Below are positions 1 to 11,943 of a DNA stretch of 43,915 nt, one piece after another. The notes under the pieces are model-generated. The model was not told the DNA's origin, did no database searches, and was given only the letters and a program-made list of their open reading frames with translations. The stretch is taken from contig NC_069009.1 in the NCBI RefSeq assembly GCF_001194135.2, forward strand, positions 11,593,849 to 11,637,763. The letters are read 5' to 3'. The position numbers and the translations under genes were made by a program. How positions within the stretch are numbered: the stretch's first letter is position 1; each line of letters starts with the position of its first letter. This DNA is from Octopus bimaculoides. Lineage: Eukaryota.

Positions 1-22
1 ATATATATATATATATATATAT

Positions 23-418
23 AGGAGTAACTACGTGGTAAGTAGTTTCCTTACCAACCACTTGGTCCCGGGTTCAATCCCACTGTGTGCCACCTTGGGT
101 AAGTGTCCTCTACTATTGCCTCGGGCTGACCAAAGCCTTGTAAGTGGATTTGGTAGATGGAAACTGAAAGAAGCCCGCCGTATATGTATGTATGTATGTA
201 TGTATTTGTGTGTCTGTATTTGTACTCCCACCATAGCTTGACAAATAATGTTGGTGTTATTACGTCCCCGAAACCTAGTGATTCGGCAAAAAGAGATCGA
301 TAGAATAAGTACTAGGCTTACAAGGAATAAGTCCTGTGATCGATTTGTCCGACTAAAGCCCATGCTCCAACATGGCCGCAGTCAAATGACTGAAGCAAAT
401 AACAAAATAAAAGAAAAA
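23..418 (+). mobile_element. tRNA-derived SINE, family A (octopus-type), near full length
   Basis: Pol III B-box-like GGTTCAATCCC at 71-81, an internal (TATG)n/(TG)n spacer and the tail ...CATGGCCGCAGTCAAATGACTGAA plus an A-rich end. The same sequence recurs at 1565, 2931 (reverse) and 22047 (reverse). Boundaries approximate. Confidence 0.85.
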
Positions 419-1533
419 TAATGTATAAATATATATATATATATGTATGTATGTATGTATGTATACTCCTCATTTTGAGCATTCAACGACAATATGAGTC
501 TTGAAAGACAGAAGCTCCCATGAATTCCAAAATAAAATTTAGGATTTATGTAGGGTCAAATTTGGGAAAAAACAGGGCAGTGGGGAAATAAAAGGAAACC
601 GAACGGAAACAAACATGGACGGTCGTAAGGCCAGAATGAGAGGAAAATAGTGTACACTGCGAGAAACATTTTCTTTGAAAAGAGAAAAGATAGAAGAGAG
701 ACAAAGAAAACGTCCAATCCTTTAAACGACGTGCAGGAAAAGAAAGATGGTCACGTGAGGAAGAGATAGAAGGACGATAGTCACGTGTGATCAATGAGAG
801 AGAGAAAAGGAGAAAGAAGAGAGAGAGACAGACAGACAGACAGAAAACGGTGAAGGGGAGAAAAAGGGAATTAGAGAAGGATGGGGTAAAAAAGTATAGA
901 GTAGAGTCGCATCAAAAAGTTTAAGATAAACTTACTTGGAAATAGATGCGTGACGTTCAGTTAAATAATAATATAAATAATATATACATGTTTGNNNNNN
1001 NNNNNNNNNNNNNNNNNNNNNNNNNNNNNNNNNNNNNNNNNNNNNNNNNNNNNNNNNNNNNNNNNNNNNNNNNNNNNNNNNNNNNNNNNNNNNNNNNNNN
1101 NNNNNNNNNNNNNNNNNNNNNNNNNNNNNNNNNNNNNNNNNNNNNNNNNNNNNNNNNNNNNNNNNNNNNNNNNNNNNNNNNNNNNNNNNNNNNNNNNNNN
1201 NNNNNNNNNNNNNNNNNNNNNNNNNNNNNNNNNNNNNNNNNNNNNNNNNNNNNNNNNNNNNNNNNNNNNNNNNNNNNNNNNNNNNNNNNNNNNNNNNNNN
1301 NNNNNNNNNNNNNNNNNNNNNNNNNNNNNNNNNNNNNNNNNNNNNNNNNNNNNNNNNNNNNNNNNNNNNNNNNNNNNNNNNNNNNNNNNNNNNNNNNNNN
1401 NNNNNNNNNNNNNNNNNNNNNNNNNNNNNNNNNNNNNNNNNNNNNNNNNNNNNNNNNNNNNNNNNNNNNNNNNNNNNNNNNNNNNNNNNNNNNNNNNNNN
1501 NNNNNNNNNNNNNNNNNNNNNNNNNNNNNNNNN

Positions 1534-1564
<31 letters not shown>

Positions 1565-1566
<2 letters not shown>

Positions 1567-1670
1567 TTCGGTAAATGGGGCCGGTAAGAATAAGTCCTGG
1601 GGCCGATTTGTTTGACTAAAGGTGGTGCTCCAGCATGGCCGCAGTTAAATGACTGAAACATTTGAAAGAA
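1565..1670 (+). mobile_element. SINE family A, 3' part (5' part lost in gap)
   Basis: GAATAAGTCCTGGGGCCGATTTG...CAGCATGGCCGCAGTTAAATGACTGAAAC matches the 3' half of the copy at 23-418. Confidence 0.8.
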
Positions 1671-1699
1671 TTAAAATATATATATGTACAAGTTGCAGA

Positions 1700-2925
1700 C
1701 GATATTCGAGGACATGCATTTTAGTCATTATTTTATTTGCCTAATTGTTATTGATCTTCTATTTAACAAAATAACAATGACAGGCCCCATGCTTACTAAT
1801 GAAATGTAAATGCTGTGATTGTGGCTTTGAAGGCTAATCATGGTGATTTAGAAATTTCTCGTTTTCTGAGAGCTGCAAGATCTTTTGTCCACGAGATTTG
1901 GTGTGCGTTAGAGAAAGAAGATGGAAGCGTATTACCATTATCAAAACGTAAAAACATTCCAAACGCTCTGATTCTATCAGGACACCTACATTTATTCATG
2001 TTATTAAACAAAACATTGAAGCCTATCCAAGAAATCAATGTGGTCAATTGCAAAAAAATTCGTGTGCCAGAAAAACAATCAGAAATGCTGTACATGATGA
2101 CATCAAATACAAATCTTACGTGGTGAGGACAGGTCAATTCATGTCAGAACAAAACAAAAGAAAACCGTTTAATCAGATCCAAAAGGCTTTTGAACAAACT
2201 TAAAAATCCACCAGAAGATGGTGTAATTTGGTTTTTCTCAGATGAGGAAAACTTTGACCAGGACCAGAAAACTAACAGAAGAAATGACAGATGGCTATGT
2301 GCAACCCTTTCTTAGGTTCCAAGAGTAATACACACAAAATTTCCTGCAAGTGTCATGGTTTTGGATGGTGTTAGCAATGAAGGACATGTGATGCCTCTTC
2401 ACGTTTTTCCACAAGGCCTTAAGGTGAATGCTGCTGCGTATATTGAGGTTCTGGATAAATTGTTAAGCCTTGAATCAACAGTGTATGCAATGGAAGGCCC
2501 TATGTCTTTCAACAAGATTCTGCACCATCACACAAGGCTCGACCGACACAAGAATGGATAGCCGACAATTTACATGATCACATCACCCCCAACATTTGGC
2601 CTCCTAATTCTCCAGATCTCAATCCACTGGATTACTATGTCTGGTGCATCTTTAAGAAAAATGTCAATGAACCCACCCCCCACTCCCATAGCACTAAAGA
2701 TTCATTGAAAGCCGCCGTAGTTCGAATCATGTCCGATACGAACAAGGGCCACTTAATCTAAACTTGTAAACGATTTCTACACCGCGTAGGGATAGTTATT
2801 GATGCTTATGGTGGTTTTATTGAATTAAATTATTAAACTGATAATTCAGCTTTATGTTTATGCTATTTTTATAGAAATACAGATTTTTTTCCTGTTATTA
2901 TATACGCGTTCTTTTTTTAACCATA
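1700..2925 (+). mobile_element. Degenerate Tc1/mariner-superfamily transposase, maT (DD37D) type
   Basis: Hand translation across stops and frameshifts gives WFFSDEENF...KFPASVMV...FQQDSAPSHKARPTQEWIADNLHDHITPNIWPPNSPDLNPLDYYVW. Exactly 37 residues separate the second and third catalytic Asp. In-frame stops are present (e.g. VKP*INSV) and no matching TIR pair was seen. Confidence 0.85.
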
Positions 2926-2930
2926 TATAT

Positions 2931-3253
2931 CTCTTTTACTCTTTTATTCTTTTACTCGTTTCAGTCATTTGACTGCGGCCATGCTGGAGCACCACCTTTA
3001 GTCGAGCAGATCGACCCCAGGACTTATTCTTTGGAAGCCTAGTACTTATTCTATCGATCTCTTTTGCCGAACCGCTAAGTTACGGGGACGTAAACACACC
3101 AGCATCGGTTGTCAAGCGATGTTGGGGGCGACAAACACAGACACACACACATATACAAATATATATATATATATATATACATATATACGACGGGCTTCTT
3201 TCAGTTTCCGTCTACCAAATCCACTCACAAGGCTTTGGTCGGCCCGAGGCTAT
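2931..3253 (-). mobile_element. SINE family A, antisense, cut by gap
   Basis: Reverse complement of the 23-418 element (GTTTCAGTCATTTGACTGCGGCCATGCTGGAGC...GGGCTTCTTTCAGTTTCCGTCTACCAAATCCAC). Confidence 0.9.
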
Positions 3254-3667
3254 NNNNNNNNNNNNNNNNNNNNNNNNNNNNNNNNNNNNNNNNNNNNNNN
3301 NNNNNNNNNNNNNNNNNNNNNNNNNNNNNNNNNNNNNNNNNNNNNNNNNNNNNNNNNNNNNNNNNNNNNNNNNNNNNNNNNNNNNNNNNNNNNNNNNNNN
3401 NNNNNNNNNNNNNNNNNNNNNNNNNNNNNNNNNNNNNNNNNNNNNNNNNNNNNNNNNNNNNNNNNNNNNNNNNNNNNNNNNNNNNNNNNNNNNNNNNNNN
3501 NNNNNNNNNNNNNNNNNNNNNNNNNNNNNNNNNNNNNNNNNNNNNNNNNNNNNNNNNNNNNNNNNNNNNNNNNNNNNNNNNNNNNNNNNNNNNNNNNNNN
3601 NNNNNNNNNNNNNNNNNNNNNNNNNNNNNNNNNNNNNNNNNNNTATATATATATATATATATATATA

Positions 3668-4240
3668 TTAGTCGTGGCCGAGGTCACAATATAAGTGAGG
3701 TCGTACTTGTGATCGTCGCCAGTGTCTCGTAACTGGTCGGTTAATATCACTCTTCACTTGTTGGGCGATACGCTGTGCTTGTGAAGACCTGTCGAACCGA
3801 GAGAAATCGTGGTTATGGTTGTTGACAGTACTTCCTAGTTGACACCCGTGCCGGTGGCACACAGAAAATACTGTTCGAGCGTTGGGCCTCATGGGGGCAG
3901 TGACAGGTTACCAAACCTCTGTCGATATACTGCGCTTGTGTATAACTGTCAGGCCGAGTGAGACCGTAGTCGTGGCCGTTGCCGGCGTCAGGTCCTTGGC
4001 ACCCATGCCAGTGGAACGTAAAAAAAACCCCCATCACACTCTTGTAATGGTTGGCATTAGAAAGGGCGTCGAACAGTAGAAATCTTGCCAAATCAGATCG
4101 GAGCCTGAAACAGCTTCCCGGTTTACCGTTTTCAGTCAAATACTGCAATCCAAGCCAGCATGGAAAGCGGACAATAAATGAAGGTGATGATGATGATGAC
4201 GACGATGACGACGACGACGACGACGATGATGATGATGATA
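3668..4240 (+). mobile_element. Non-autonomous retro-element (family C) with an RTE-like 3' tail ending in (GAT/GAC)n
   Basis: TGGTTGGCATTAGAAAGGGC...GCCAAATCAGATCGGAGCCTG...CATGGAAAGCGGAC plus (GAT)n matches 33770-33930 and, in reverse, 17040-17340. Confidence 0.7.
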
Positions 4241-5061
4241 TTATATATATATATATATATATNNNNNNNNNNNNNNNNNNNNNNNNNNNNNNNNNNNNNN
4301 NNNNNNNNNNNNNNNNNNNNNNNNNNNNNNNNNNNNNNNNNNNNNNNNNNNNNNNNNNNNNNNNNNNNNNNNNNNNNNNNNNNNNNNNNNNNNNNNNNNN
4401 NNNNNNNNNNNNNNNNNNNNNNNNNNNNNNNNNNNNNNNNNNNNNNNNNNNNNNNNNNNNNNNNNNNNNNNNNNNNNNNNNNNNNNNNNNNNNNNNNNNN
4501 NNNNNNNNNNNNNNNNNNNNNNNNNNNNNNNNNNNNNNNNNNNNNNNNNNNNNNNNNNNNNNNNNNNNNNNNNNNNNNNNNNNNNNNNNNNNNNNNNNNN
4601 NNNNNNNNNNNNNNNNNNNNNNNNNNNNNNNNNNNNNNNNNNNNNNNNNNNNNNNNNNNNNNNNNNNNNNNNNNNNNNNNNNNNNNNNNNNNNNNNNNNN
4701 NNNNNNNNNNNNNNNNNNNNNNNNNNNNNNNNNNNNNNNNNNNNNNNNNNNNNNNNNNNNNNNNNNNNNNNNNNNNNNNNNNNNNNNNNNNNNNNNNNNN
4801 NNNNNNNNNNNNNNNNNNNNNNNNNNNNNNNNNNNNNNNNNNNNNNNNNNNNNNNNNNNNNNNNNNNNNNNNNNNNNNNNNNNNNNNNNNNNNNNNNNNN
4901 NNNNNNNNNNNNNNNNNNNNNNNNNNNNNNNNNNNNNNNNNNNNNNNNNNNNNNNNNNNNNNNNNNNNNNNNNNNNNNNNNNNNNNNNNNNNNNNNNNNN
5001 NNNNNNNNNNNNNNNNNNNNNNNNNNNNNNNNNNNNNNNNNNNNNNNNNNNNNNNNNNNNN

Positions 5062-5096
<35 letters not shown>

Positions 5097-5310
5097 GCAT
5101 ATACATCATCATCATCATATATATACATATGTATACACACATGCATATGTATAGACACACATATTTTGTAGTTCAGTGAGCTTTTTATTTTGGTTATCTT
5201 TATATTTTTATATCGGGCTGTGGTATTTATTCGTTTGTATATATGTATATATATCCAAAGTTTTGAATTTAAAAGAGAGTTTTGACGCTGATATCCATTA
5301 TTATTGAAAT

Positions 5311-5567
5311 TTATTCCTATGTCAACATTTCTGTATAAGGCTATATTTAACTGTCAAATTCAAGTCAAACATATAAATTACCTCACACATCTTCAGGGGA
5401 AAAAGGTAAAGAACAAAAGGTAAACACCAAAACATCGTCTCTAAGTTTTGGTGTTTACCTTTTGTTCTTAACCTTTTTTCCCTGAAGATGTGTAAGGCAA
5501 TTTATATGTTTGACTTGAATTTGACAGTTAAATATAGCCTTATACAGAAATGTTGAGATAGGAATAA
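5311..5567. repeat. Long inverted repeat (123-bp arms, 11-nt loop), possible foldback element or MITE
   Basis: 5311-5433 is the reverse complement of 5445-5567, with 5 mismatches by manual alignment. The right arm runs into a gap. Confidence 0.85.
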
Positions 5568-5773
5568 NNNNNNNNNNTATATATATATACATATATACAT
5601 ATATATGGATATGTGTATATACGTGCATTTAAATACAATATAAATCTCACTTAATTACTCCCGTCCCCAATCATTTCATCTGTTTAATTAATTTGATTAT
5701 TTTTCTTCTCTTTTTATGAGCCTTTGCTTGTAAATCTCCAGCGCACTCTTTTTTAATGTTTTTTTTTTTCCAG

Positions 5774-5928
5774 GTGAATGAACGAAATACTGTTGGTCGC
5801 ACACCTCTACATGAGGCTTGTTACTCTGGATACACAGAAACAGTTCTTCTCTTATTGAATCACACTGGCATCGGTGTCAATATAGTGGACAATAATGGTG
5901 ATACACCTCTACATCTAGCAGTTATTAA
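5774..5928 (+). CDS. ANK-RING-Death gene, first visible internal exon (ankyrin repeats), phase 0-2
   Basis: ttttccag acceptor and gtaagt donor. Encodes [51 protein letters not shown](K), with two G-x-TPLH ankyrin motifs. Upstream exons are not visible. Confidence 0.95.
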
Positions 5929-6339
5929 GTAAGTCCCCAATGGATCTGGAATACCAAATCTGTTCTTTTTGTTGACAATAATGTTTGTTCCGTTTTCATT
6001 GAGTCATTCATGTTATAATGCCACCATGGGGTCATCGTCTTCCTTCTCTTGTCATTACATCACACTGTAATGACAATGCAATCTATTTCATTAATTAATC
6101 GTCACCATGTGTTTGCTGTTGTTGTTGTTGTTGTTGTTGTTGCTGCGGCTTAACTAGACTCATTACTTCATCTCATTCTCCATTACTTCAACGTTACAGG
6201 TTCAAACCATCTCTCTTCTTCTTTTCATTCCATGTAAACAATCTTCCTCTCTCTCACACACTCTCTCTTGCAATTGTCCTCTTTCCTCTGACTTTGGGAT
6301 AAATACAGAATCATCCTCCGACAAAATTTACATTTGTCT

Positions 6340-6625
6340 TTTTAAGTTCCAAGTTCAAATCCTGCCAGAGCACATATTACCATTGTGGGAATTAATATAA
6401 ATTGTACCAGTAATATCCAGGGGTCCATTTAATAAACTGTCCTCTCCTCTCTTGTTCTTGTGTCTTCTTTCTGTTGGACAAAATACGTAGTAGTATTTAT
6501 TTACGACCCGTTATGTTCTGAGTTCAAATCCTGCCAAGGTCGACTTGTCCCTCCATCTTTGCAAGTTTAATAAAATATAATACCAGTCATGGTGTGGGGT
6601 CCATATAATTAACTGAAGCCCTTCT
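6340..6625 (+). mobile_element. Two decayed SINE family B fragments
   Basis: GTTCAAATCCTGCC(A/C)AGG...GTACCAGT motifs at about 6352 and 6522 resemble the body of the copies at 7090 and 9445. Confidence 0.5.
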
Positions 6626-6747
6626 TTTCCGCCTAAATTTCATGTTTATATAAGTTGTTCATCGTACCATATATAGATATTTCTGTATTTTACTCAGGTG
6701 TGTATATATCATTGTTCTACTGTGTACAGTGTGTATTGACTAAATAA

Positions 6748-6784
6748 GTGTGTGTGTGTGTGTGTGTGTGTCTGTGTGTGTGTG

Positions 6785-6834
<50 letters not shown>

Positions 6835-6843
6835 CGTTTGTGT
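6748..6843. repeat. (TG)n microsatellite
   Basis: Directly visible. Confidence 0.95.
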
Positions 6844-6981
6844 AATAACTGTTGTAATTAGGTTACAGTGACCCAGTCACTTTTATTTTCTTTAATTAAT
6901 GACCTAACAATTATTAAGTGCTTCAATCTCTGTGATGTCTGTAGTTTTCATATTTTTCTTTCGTCTTTCCATAACTTTCAG

Positions 6982-7018
6982 GCAACATTATGATGTGGTG
7001 ACTTTGATGCTCTCCAAG
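6982..7018 (+). CDS. ANK-RING-Death gene, 37-nt exon, phase 2-0
   Basis: ctttcag acceptor and gttagt donor. G+CAACATTATGATGTGGTGACTTTGATGCTCTCCAAG = (K)QHYDVVTLMLSK. It completes the ankyrin helix and is exactly the phase bridge needed between the 5774 and 11116 exons. Confidence 0.9.
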
Positions 7019-7089
7019 GTTAGTTAAAACACATATTACATACAGTTTCTAGTATTTTATTGATCTGTTTAATATTTATATCATAAAAA

Positions 7090-7305
7090 GTCGGCGAGCT
7101 GGCAGAAACGTTAGCACGTTGGGCGAAACGCTTAGTGGTATTTCGTCTGCTTTTACGTTCTAAGTCCAAATTCCTCCGAGGTCGACATTGCCTTTATCCT
7201 TTTGGGGTGGATAAATTAAGTACCAGTTGCACACTGGAGTCGATCTAATCGACAGGCCCCCTCCTCCAAAAATTTCAGGCCTTGTGCCTGGAATAGAAAA
7301 GAATA
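7090..7305 (+). mobile_element. tRNA-derived SINE family B
   Basis: GGCGAGCTGGCAGAAACGTTAGCACG...GAGGTCGAC...AAGTACCAGTT. Homologous copies at 9445, 11944 (reverse) and 28647 (reverse). Confidence 0.85.
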
Positions 7306-7856
7306 TTTATATCATAAGGGTACCATTGAAATAATGGAGCTAGATTTAATCACCTGTATCACAAAACCCTTTAAATGGCCGGTGTTGAGTCTGTAGAGGA
7401 ACATTATGTTGATCATGCTGATAACGACGGTATTAGTGACAGTCCAACTGACCACCACCGCTGACAATAGTATCTTTAATGGTCAGATGAAACAAAGTCA
7501 ATATGAAATTACCCAAATATATCACATTCTCCCTCACTCCGTATAAACATATTATGCTACATTATAATAAATATCCAACATCAGCTGCATTATATTCTAC
7601 TACATTTTATTTCGTTAAATTATATTTTATTATTTTTCTCTTCACTCCATCATTCAGCTTTTCTTTTTATTTGACGTCTTCACTGATCAATTCTAGATAT
7701 TAAACACCCCATAACATAACGCTAACAACTTTAGCTGTCTGATAATAAATAAATGAAAATGGATTTAATAAACATATATGTTTGATTGTGAGTTTATGTA
7801 TGTACATGTATATTTCTGTGATTATACGCATATGTGTGTCTATGAGTATATACGTA

Positions 7857-7910
<54 letters not shown>

Positions 7911-8626
7911 AATGTATAAAAACATAAATATGAATATATACAGTTTATATATTGAAGAGTAAAGGTCTACATGTAAGTCTTTCGAGTTACATATCTTAAC
8001 GGTCAGATTTTTCAAACTCCTGTATAGTCTTGATCTAGAATATGACACAATCGCATCCATAGATTTCCTGAACTCTATCTATTACCAAACCAATGAAAAT
8101 AATTAATTTATAACGGTCGACTAATTATTTCTTTTTACTATCATGCTTACCCGTCATTTATTTTATTATATAATTCTTCCCCTGCATATTTAAGCATTGT
8201 TTTATTCCTTTTATTTAAATTTATATATTATATATTTTGCATACATTTATATTTTTATTCAGTAGCTAAATACATACGCATAATATATACGATCTAACTT
8301 CTTAAATTTATTAGTTATTCGTCTGCATCCTTTCGAGAATATGTTAATCTTTGTTGTATAAGCTCATAAAGCCCTGTTGAAATTCTGCCCCACATAGTTG
8401 AAAATGATTATCAATTCTTAGCATTTGACCCTACCCTTATGCTTAGAATTACGAATCCCCCTAGAGACATGAATCGCTACATATATGTAAGATTTTGGCA
8501 TCTACCATTTTTTAGACCTTTATAATCTATTAGCATTGTCTTTATAAAAAACTTTCAACCTCTTAATATCATACAAATAAATCATTTATACATCCATAAT
8601 TCTTCATAATTCTCTCTTCCATTATA

Positions 8627-8753
8627 CAGGGTGTCCACAAAGTCTGGGTACATGGGGATTAACGCATACTTTAAGAAATGATTATTCCTTATATTTAATT
8701 GTTTATGTTATGATTTTATTTACTCTATGTACCCAGATCTTGTGTACACCCTG
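8627..8753. mobile_element. 127-bp Tc1/mariner-type MITE with TA target-site duplication
   Basis: TA|CAGGGTGTCCACAAAGTCTGGGTACAT ... ATGTACCCAGATCTTGTGTACACCCTG|TA: roughly 27-bp imperfect TIRs with TA on both sides. Confidence 0.9.
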
Positions 8754-8788
<35 letters not shown>

Positions 8789-9063
8789 GTGTGTGTGTGT
8801 GTTTGTGTGTATGTATGTATGTAAATTTAGTAAATGGAGTAAAACGCATATTTTAACTGAATACTTTTATTTCCAACATATGTTTCGAAGATTACAAATT
8901 ATACCTTCCATAGGAATAGGTGATGTTGATAAGAATGTAATCTTCTCTTCAGGGAAATGCCTGGGAACCTGCTTAAACGTAAGACATTTTAACCGAACCA
9001 ATTTATTTTGTCCGAGTTAATTATTAACTAGGAGAAAATAAATACATATAATAATATATATAC

Positions 9064-9109
<46 letters not shown>

Positions 9110-9444
9110 GTATTACGATGAATATAAGCAAGCCAATATTTGCCTCAGAAGCGCTGAAATGTGTATTGTGAGGTACAAATATGGTTGATTTATTTTCAAA
9201 CGCTGAGAGAACAGCAGAGACAAGATAAAATATCAATACAAAGCGGAAATATATGCCAGCAACCAGCCATGAGTCTCGAATTCACATCCCTTTAATTACC
9301 GTTCAAGTTCATTACCAATTAAGCTAAACTGCCCACTGGCAAATTAACCTACAATTTTAGAACACTTATAAAGCTTTGAAAATAAATTATTACGTTATTT
9401 GTATTTCACAATAGACATTTGTATCTCATAATACACATTTCAGG

Positions 9445-9662
9445 AAGGCAGCGAGCTGGCAGAACTGTTAGCACGCTAGACGAAATGCTTAGCGGTATTT
9501 CACCCGTCGCTACATTCTGAGTTCAAATTGCGCCGAGATCAGCTTTACCTTTCATCCTTTCGGAGTCTATAAATTAAGTACCAGTTGAGTACTGGGTCGA
9601 TGTAATCGACTATCCCCTCCACCCAATTTCAGGCATTGTGCCTATAATAGAAAGGATTATAA
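9445..9662 (+). mobile_element. tRNA-derived SINE family B
   Basis: GCAGCGAGCTGGCAGAACTGTTAGCACG...GAGTTCAAATTGCGCCGAG (B-box-like)...AAGTACCAGTTG. Confidence 0.85.
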
Positions 9663-11115
9663 TACACATTTCAGCACTTTTAAGGTGAACATCGGTTTTG
9701 CTTACATTCATCATAATAAACAATTGCGACTTTGCAGCGTTCGGATCTTCTTTAAAACGGGGGCCACATTTTTCATTAACGAAACACTTTGAAACTTGGA
9801 ACACTGGTAGAATGTGTCATATAAAACATCTTTTTCTCTTAGTCTTCTTTNNNNNNNNNNNNNNNNNNNNNNNNNNNNNNNNNNNNNNNNNNNNNNNNNN
9901 NNNNNNNNNNNNNNNNNNNNNNNNNNNNNNNNNNNNNNNNNNNNNNNNNNNNNNNNNNNNNNNNNNNNNNNNNNNNNNNNNNNNNNNNNNNNNNNNNNNN
10001 NNNNNNNNNNNNNNNNNNNNNNNNNNNNNNNNNNNNNNNNNNNNNNNNNNNNNNNNNNNNNNNNNNNNNNNNNNNNNNNNNNNNNNNNNNNNNNNNNNNN
10101 NNNNNNNNNNNNNNNNNNNNNNNNNNNNNNNNNNNNNNNNNNNNNNNNNNNNNNNNNNNNNNNNNNNNNNNNNNNNNNNNNNNNNNNNNNNNNNNNNNNN
10201 NNNNNNNNNNNNNNNNNNNNNNNNNNNNNNNATGGAGATTAAATACGCTTTACATCGCTTAATCAGCCAAAGGAGTAAATATAAACAACTGAATACTTGT
10301 CAGTGATTGGTTGAAATTATCGAAATAAGACAATTTTTTACATGAAATAAATTCGAATACAAAAATATTTTTCTGTTCTATAACACAAAATAGATAAGTA
10401 TACGAAGTTTGAAAGTCTTTCGGTACCAAAAACACTACGTAAAACATTAATGAAAAATGTGGCCCCCGTTTTAGAAAAGATCCCAGCGTTCTGCTCGGTA
10501 GCTTTATAACTGCGGATTAATTTGTCAGTGGGTAGTTTAGCTTAATCGGAAAAACGCTTGACCGGTAGTCAAAGGGATCTGAGTTCGAGCCTTATGTCTG
10601 TTTGCTGACGTATTTTTCCGCTCTGTATGAATATTTTTTCTTATCTCTGCTGTTCTATCAGCGTTTGTGCGTTTGAGAATAAATTATTACCTTATTTGTA
10701 TCTCACAATACATATGTGTGTGAGTACATTAATTTTATAGATGTGGACACTAACTGCCTCAACAATTTTGTAAACCCTTTATTAATATAGTAATATCAAA
10801 GGCATCCATCACATATATAATTCCTCTTTACTAGATTCGATTTGCTATTCATGAGTTCACTCTTGTTCATTTCCCTTATAACTTACTATAGTCAGGAATA
10901 AAGGTAGATTAAGCTGAAACGATCTGTTTACGACATCTTAATTTCAATTATCATGTCACTACCACGTAACCATAGCAAGTTATAGAGTGACCTTACAAAG
11001 GCTGACTTCATTGACAAACATCACTTATACGTGGTCAGTTTGATCAATCACCCAGTAGAAGGCTCTTATGACACATTGCTATCCACCCTAATTTTCTATT
11101 TTTACTCCCACAAAG

Positions 11116-11325
11116 GTTTCAGTGAAATTGAATAGCAAGAACCATAAGAAAATGACACCATTGCTTGAAGCCGTCTCCGAGGCCCACCTCGGAATAATAA
11201 AGAAATTAATTTCACGTGGAGCAGGCATAAATGTTGTCGACAATGACGGCAATAATTGTCTGCACCTTGCTGTGAAGAAAAAGAGTTTTCATTCTGAGGA
11301 GGAATATATTCCCATTTTAGACGAG
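11116..11325 (+). CDS. ANK-RING-Death gene, 210-nt ankyrin exon, phase 0-0
   Basis: Overlaps track ORF 11122..11337. caaag acceptor (inferred from phase) and GAG|gtaagt donor. Encodes VSVKLNSKNHKKMTPLLEAVSEAHLGIIKKLISRGAGINVVDNDGNNCLHLAVKKKSFHSEEEYIPILDE. Confidence 0.92.
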
Positions 11326-11373
11326 GTAAGTTTTTAAATTTCTTTGTGAATGTGTGTGCTTGTGCGTGTGTAC

Positions 11374-11417
<44 letters not shown>

Positions 11418-11943
11418 GTGTGTGTGTGTGTGTGTGTGTNNNNNNNNNNNNNNNNNNNNNNNNNNNNNNNNNNNNNNNNNNNNNNNNNNNNNNNNNNNNN
11501 NNNNNNNNNNNNNNNNNNNNNNNNNNNNNNNNNNNNNNNNNNNNNNNNNNNNNNNNNNNNNNNNNNNNNNNNNNNNNNNNNNNNNNNNNNNNNNNNNNNN
11601 NNNNNNNNNNNNNNNNNNNNNNNNNNNNNNNNNNNNNNNNNNNNNNNNNNNNNNNNNNNNNNNNNNNNNNNNNNNNNNNNNNNNNNNNNNNNNNNNNNNN
11701 NNNNNNNNNNNNNNNNNNNNNNNNNNNNNNNNNNNNNNNNNNNNNNNNNNNNNNNNNNNNNNNNNNNNNNNNNNNNNNNNNNNNNNNNNNNNNNNNNNNN
11801 NNNNNNNNNNNNNNNNNNNNNNNNNNNNNNNNNNNNNNNNNTGTTTGCATGAATTTCTGTGTGCGAGAGAGAGAAAGAGAAAAAGAAAGAAACTGGCAGG
11901 CAATGCTTTCCACGCCTTTATTCACTCCCTTCAACCTCCCTTT

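Noticed and set aside
23-120. tRNA-like heads of SINE families A and B considered as tRNA genes
   Set aside because: Only A/B-box-like motifs remain. I could not fold a cloverleaf, and each head continues into a repeated SINE body.
946-5179. Long track ORFs made mostly of X (also near 9.7-12 kb, 17.8 kb, 19.5 kb, 23.7 kb, 29.2 kb, 31 kb and 33.4 kb)
   Set aside because: They are read-through of N assembly gaps flanked by microsatellites and carry no coding information.
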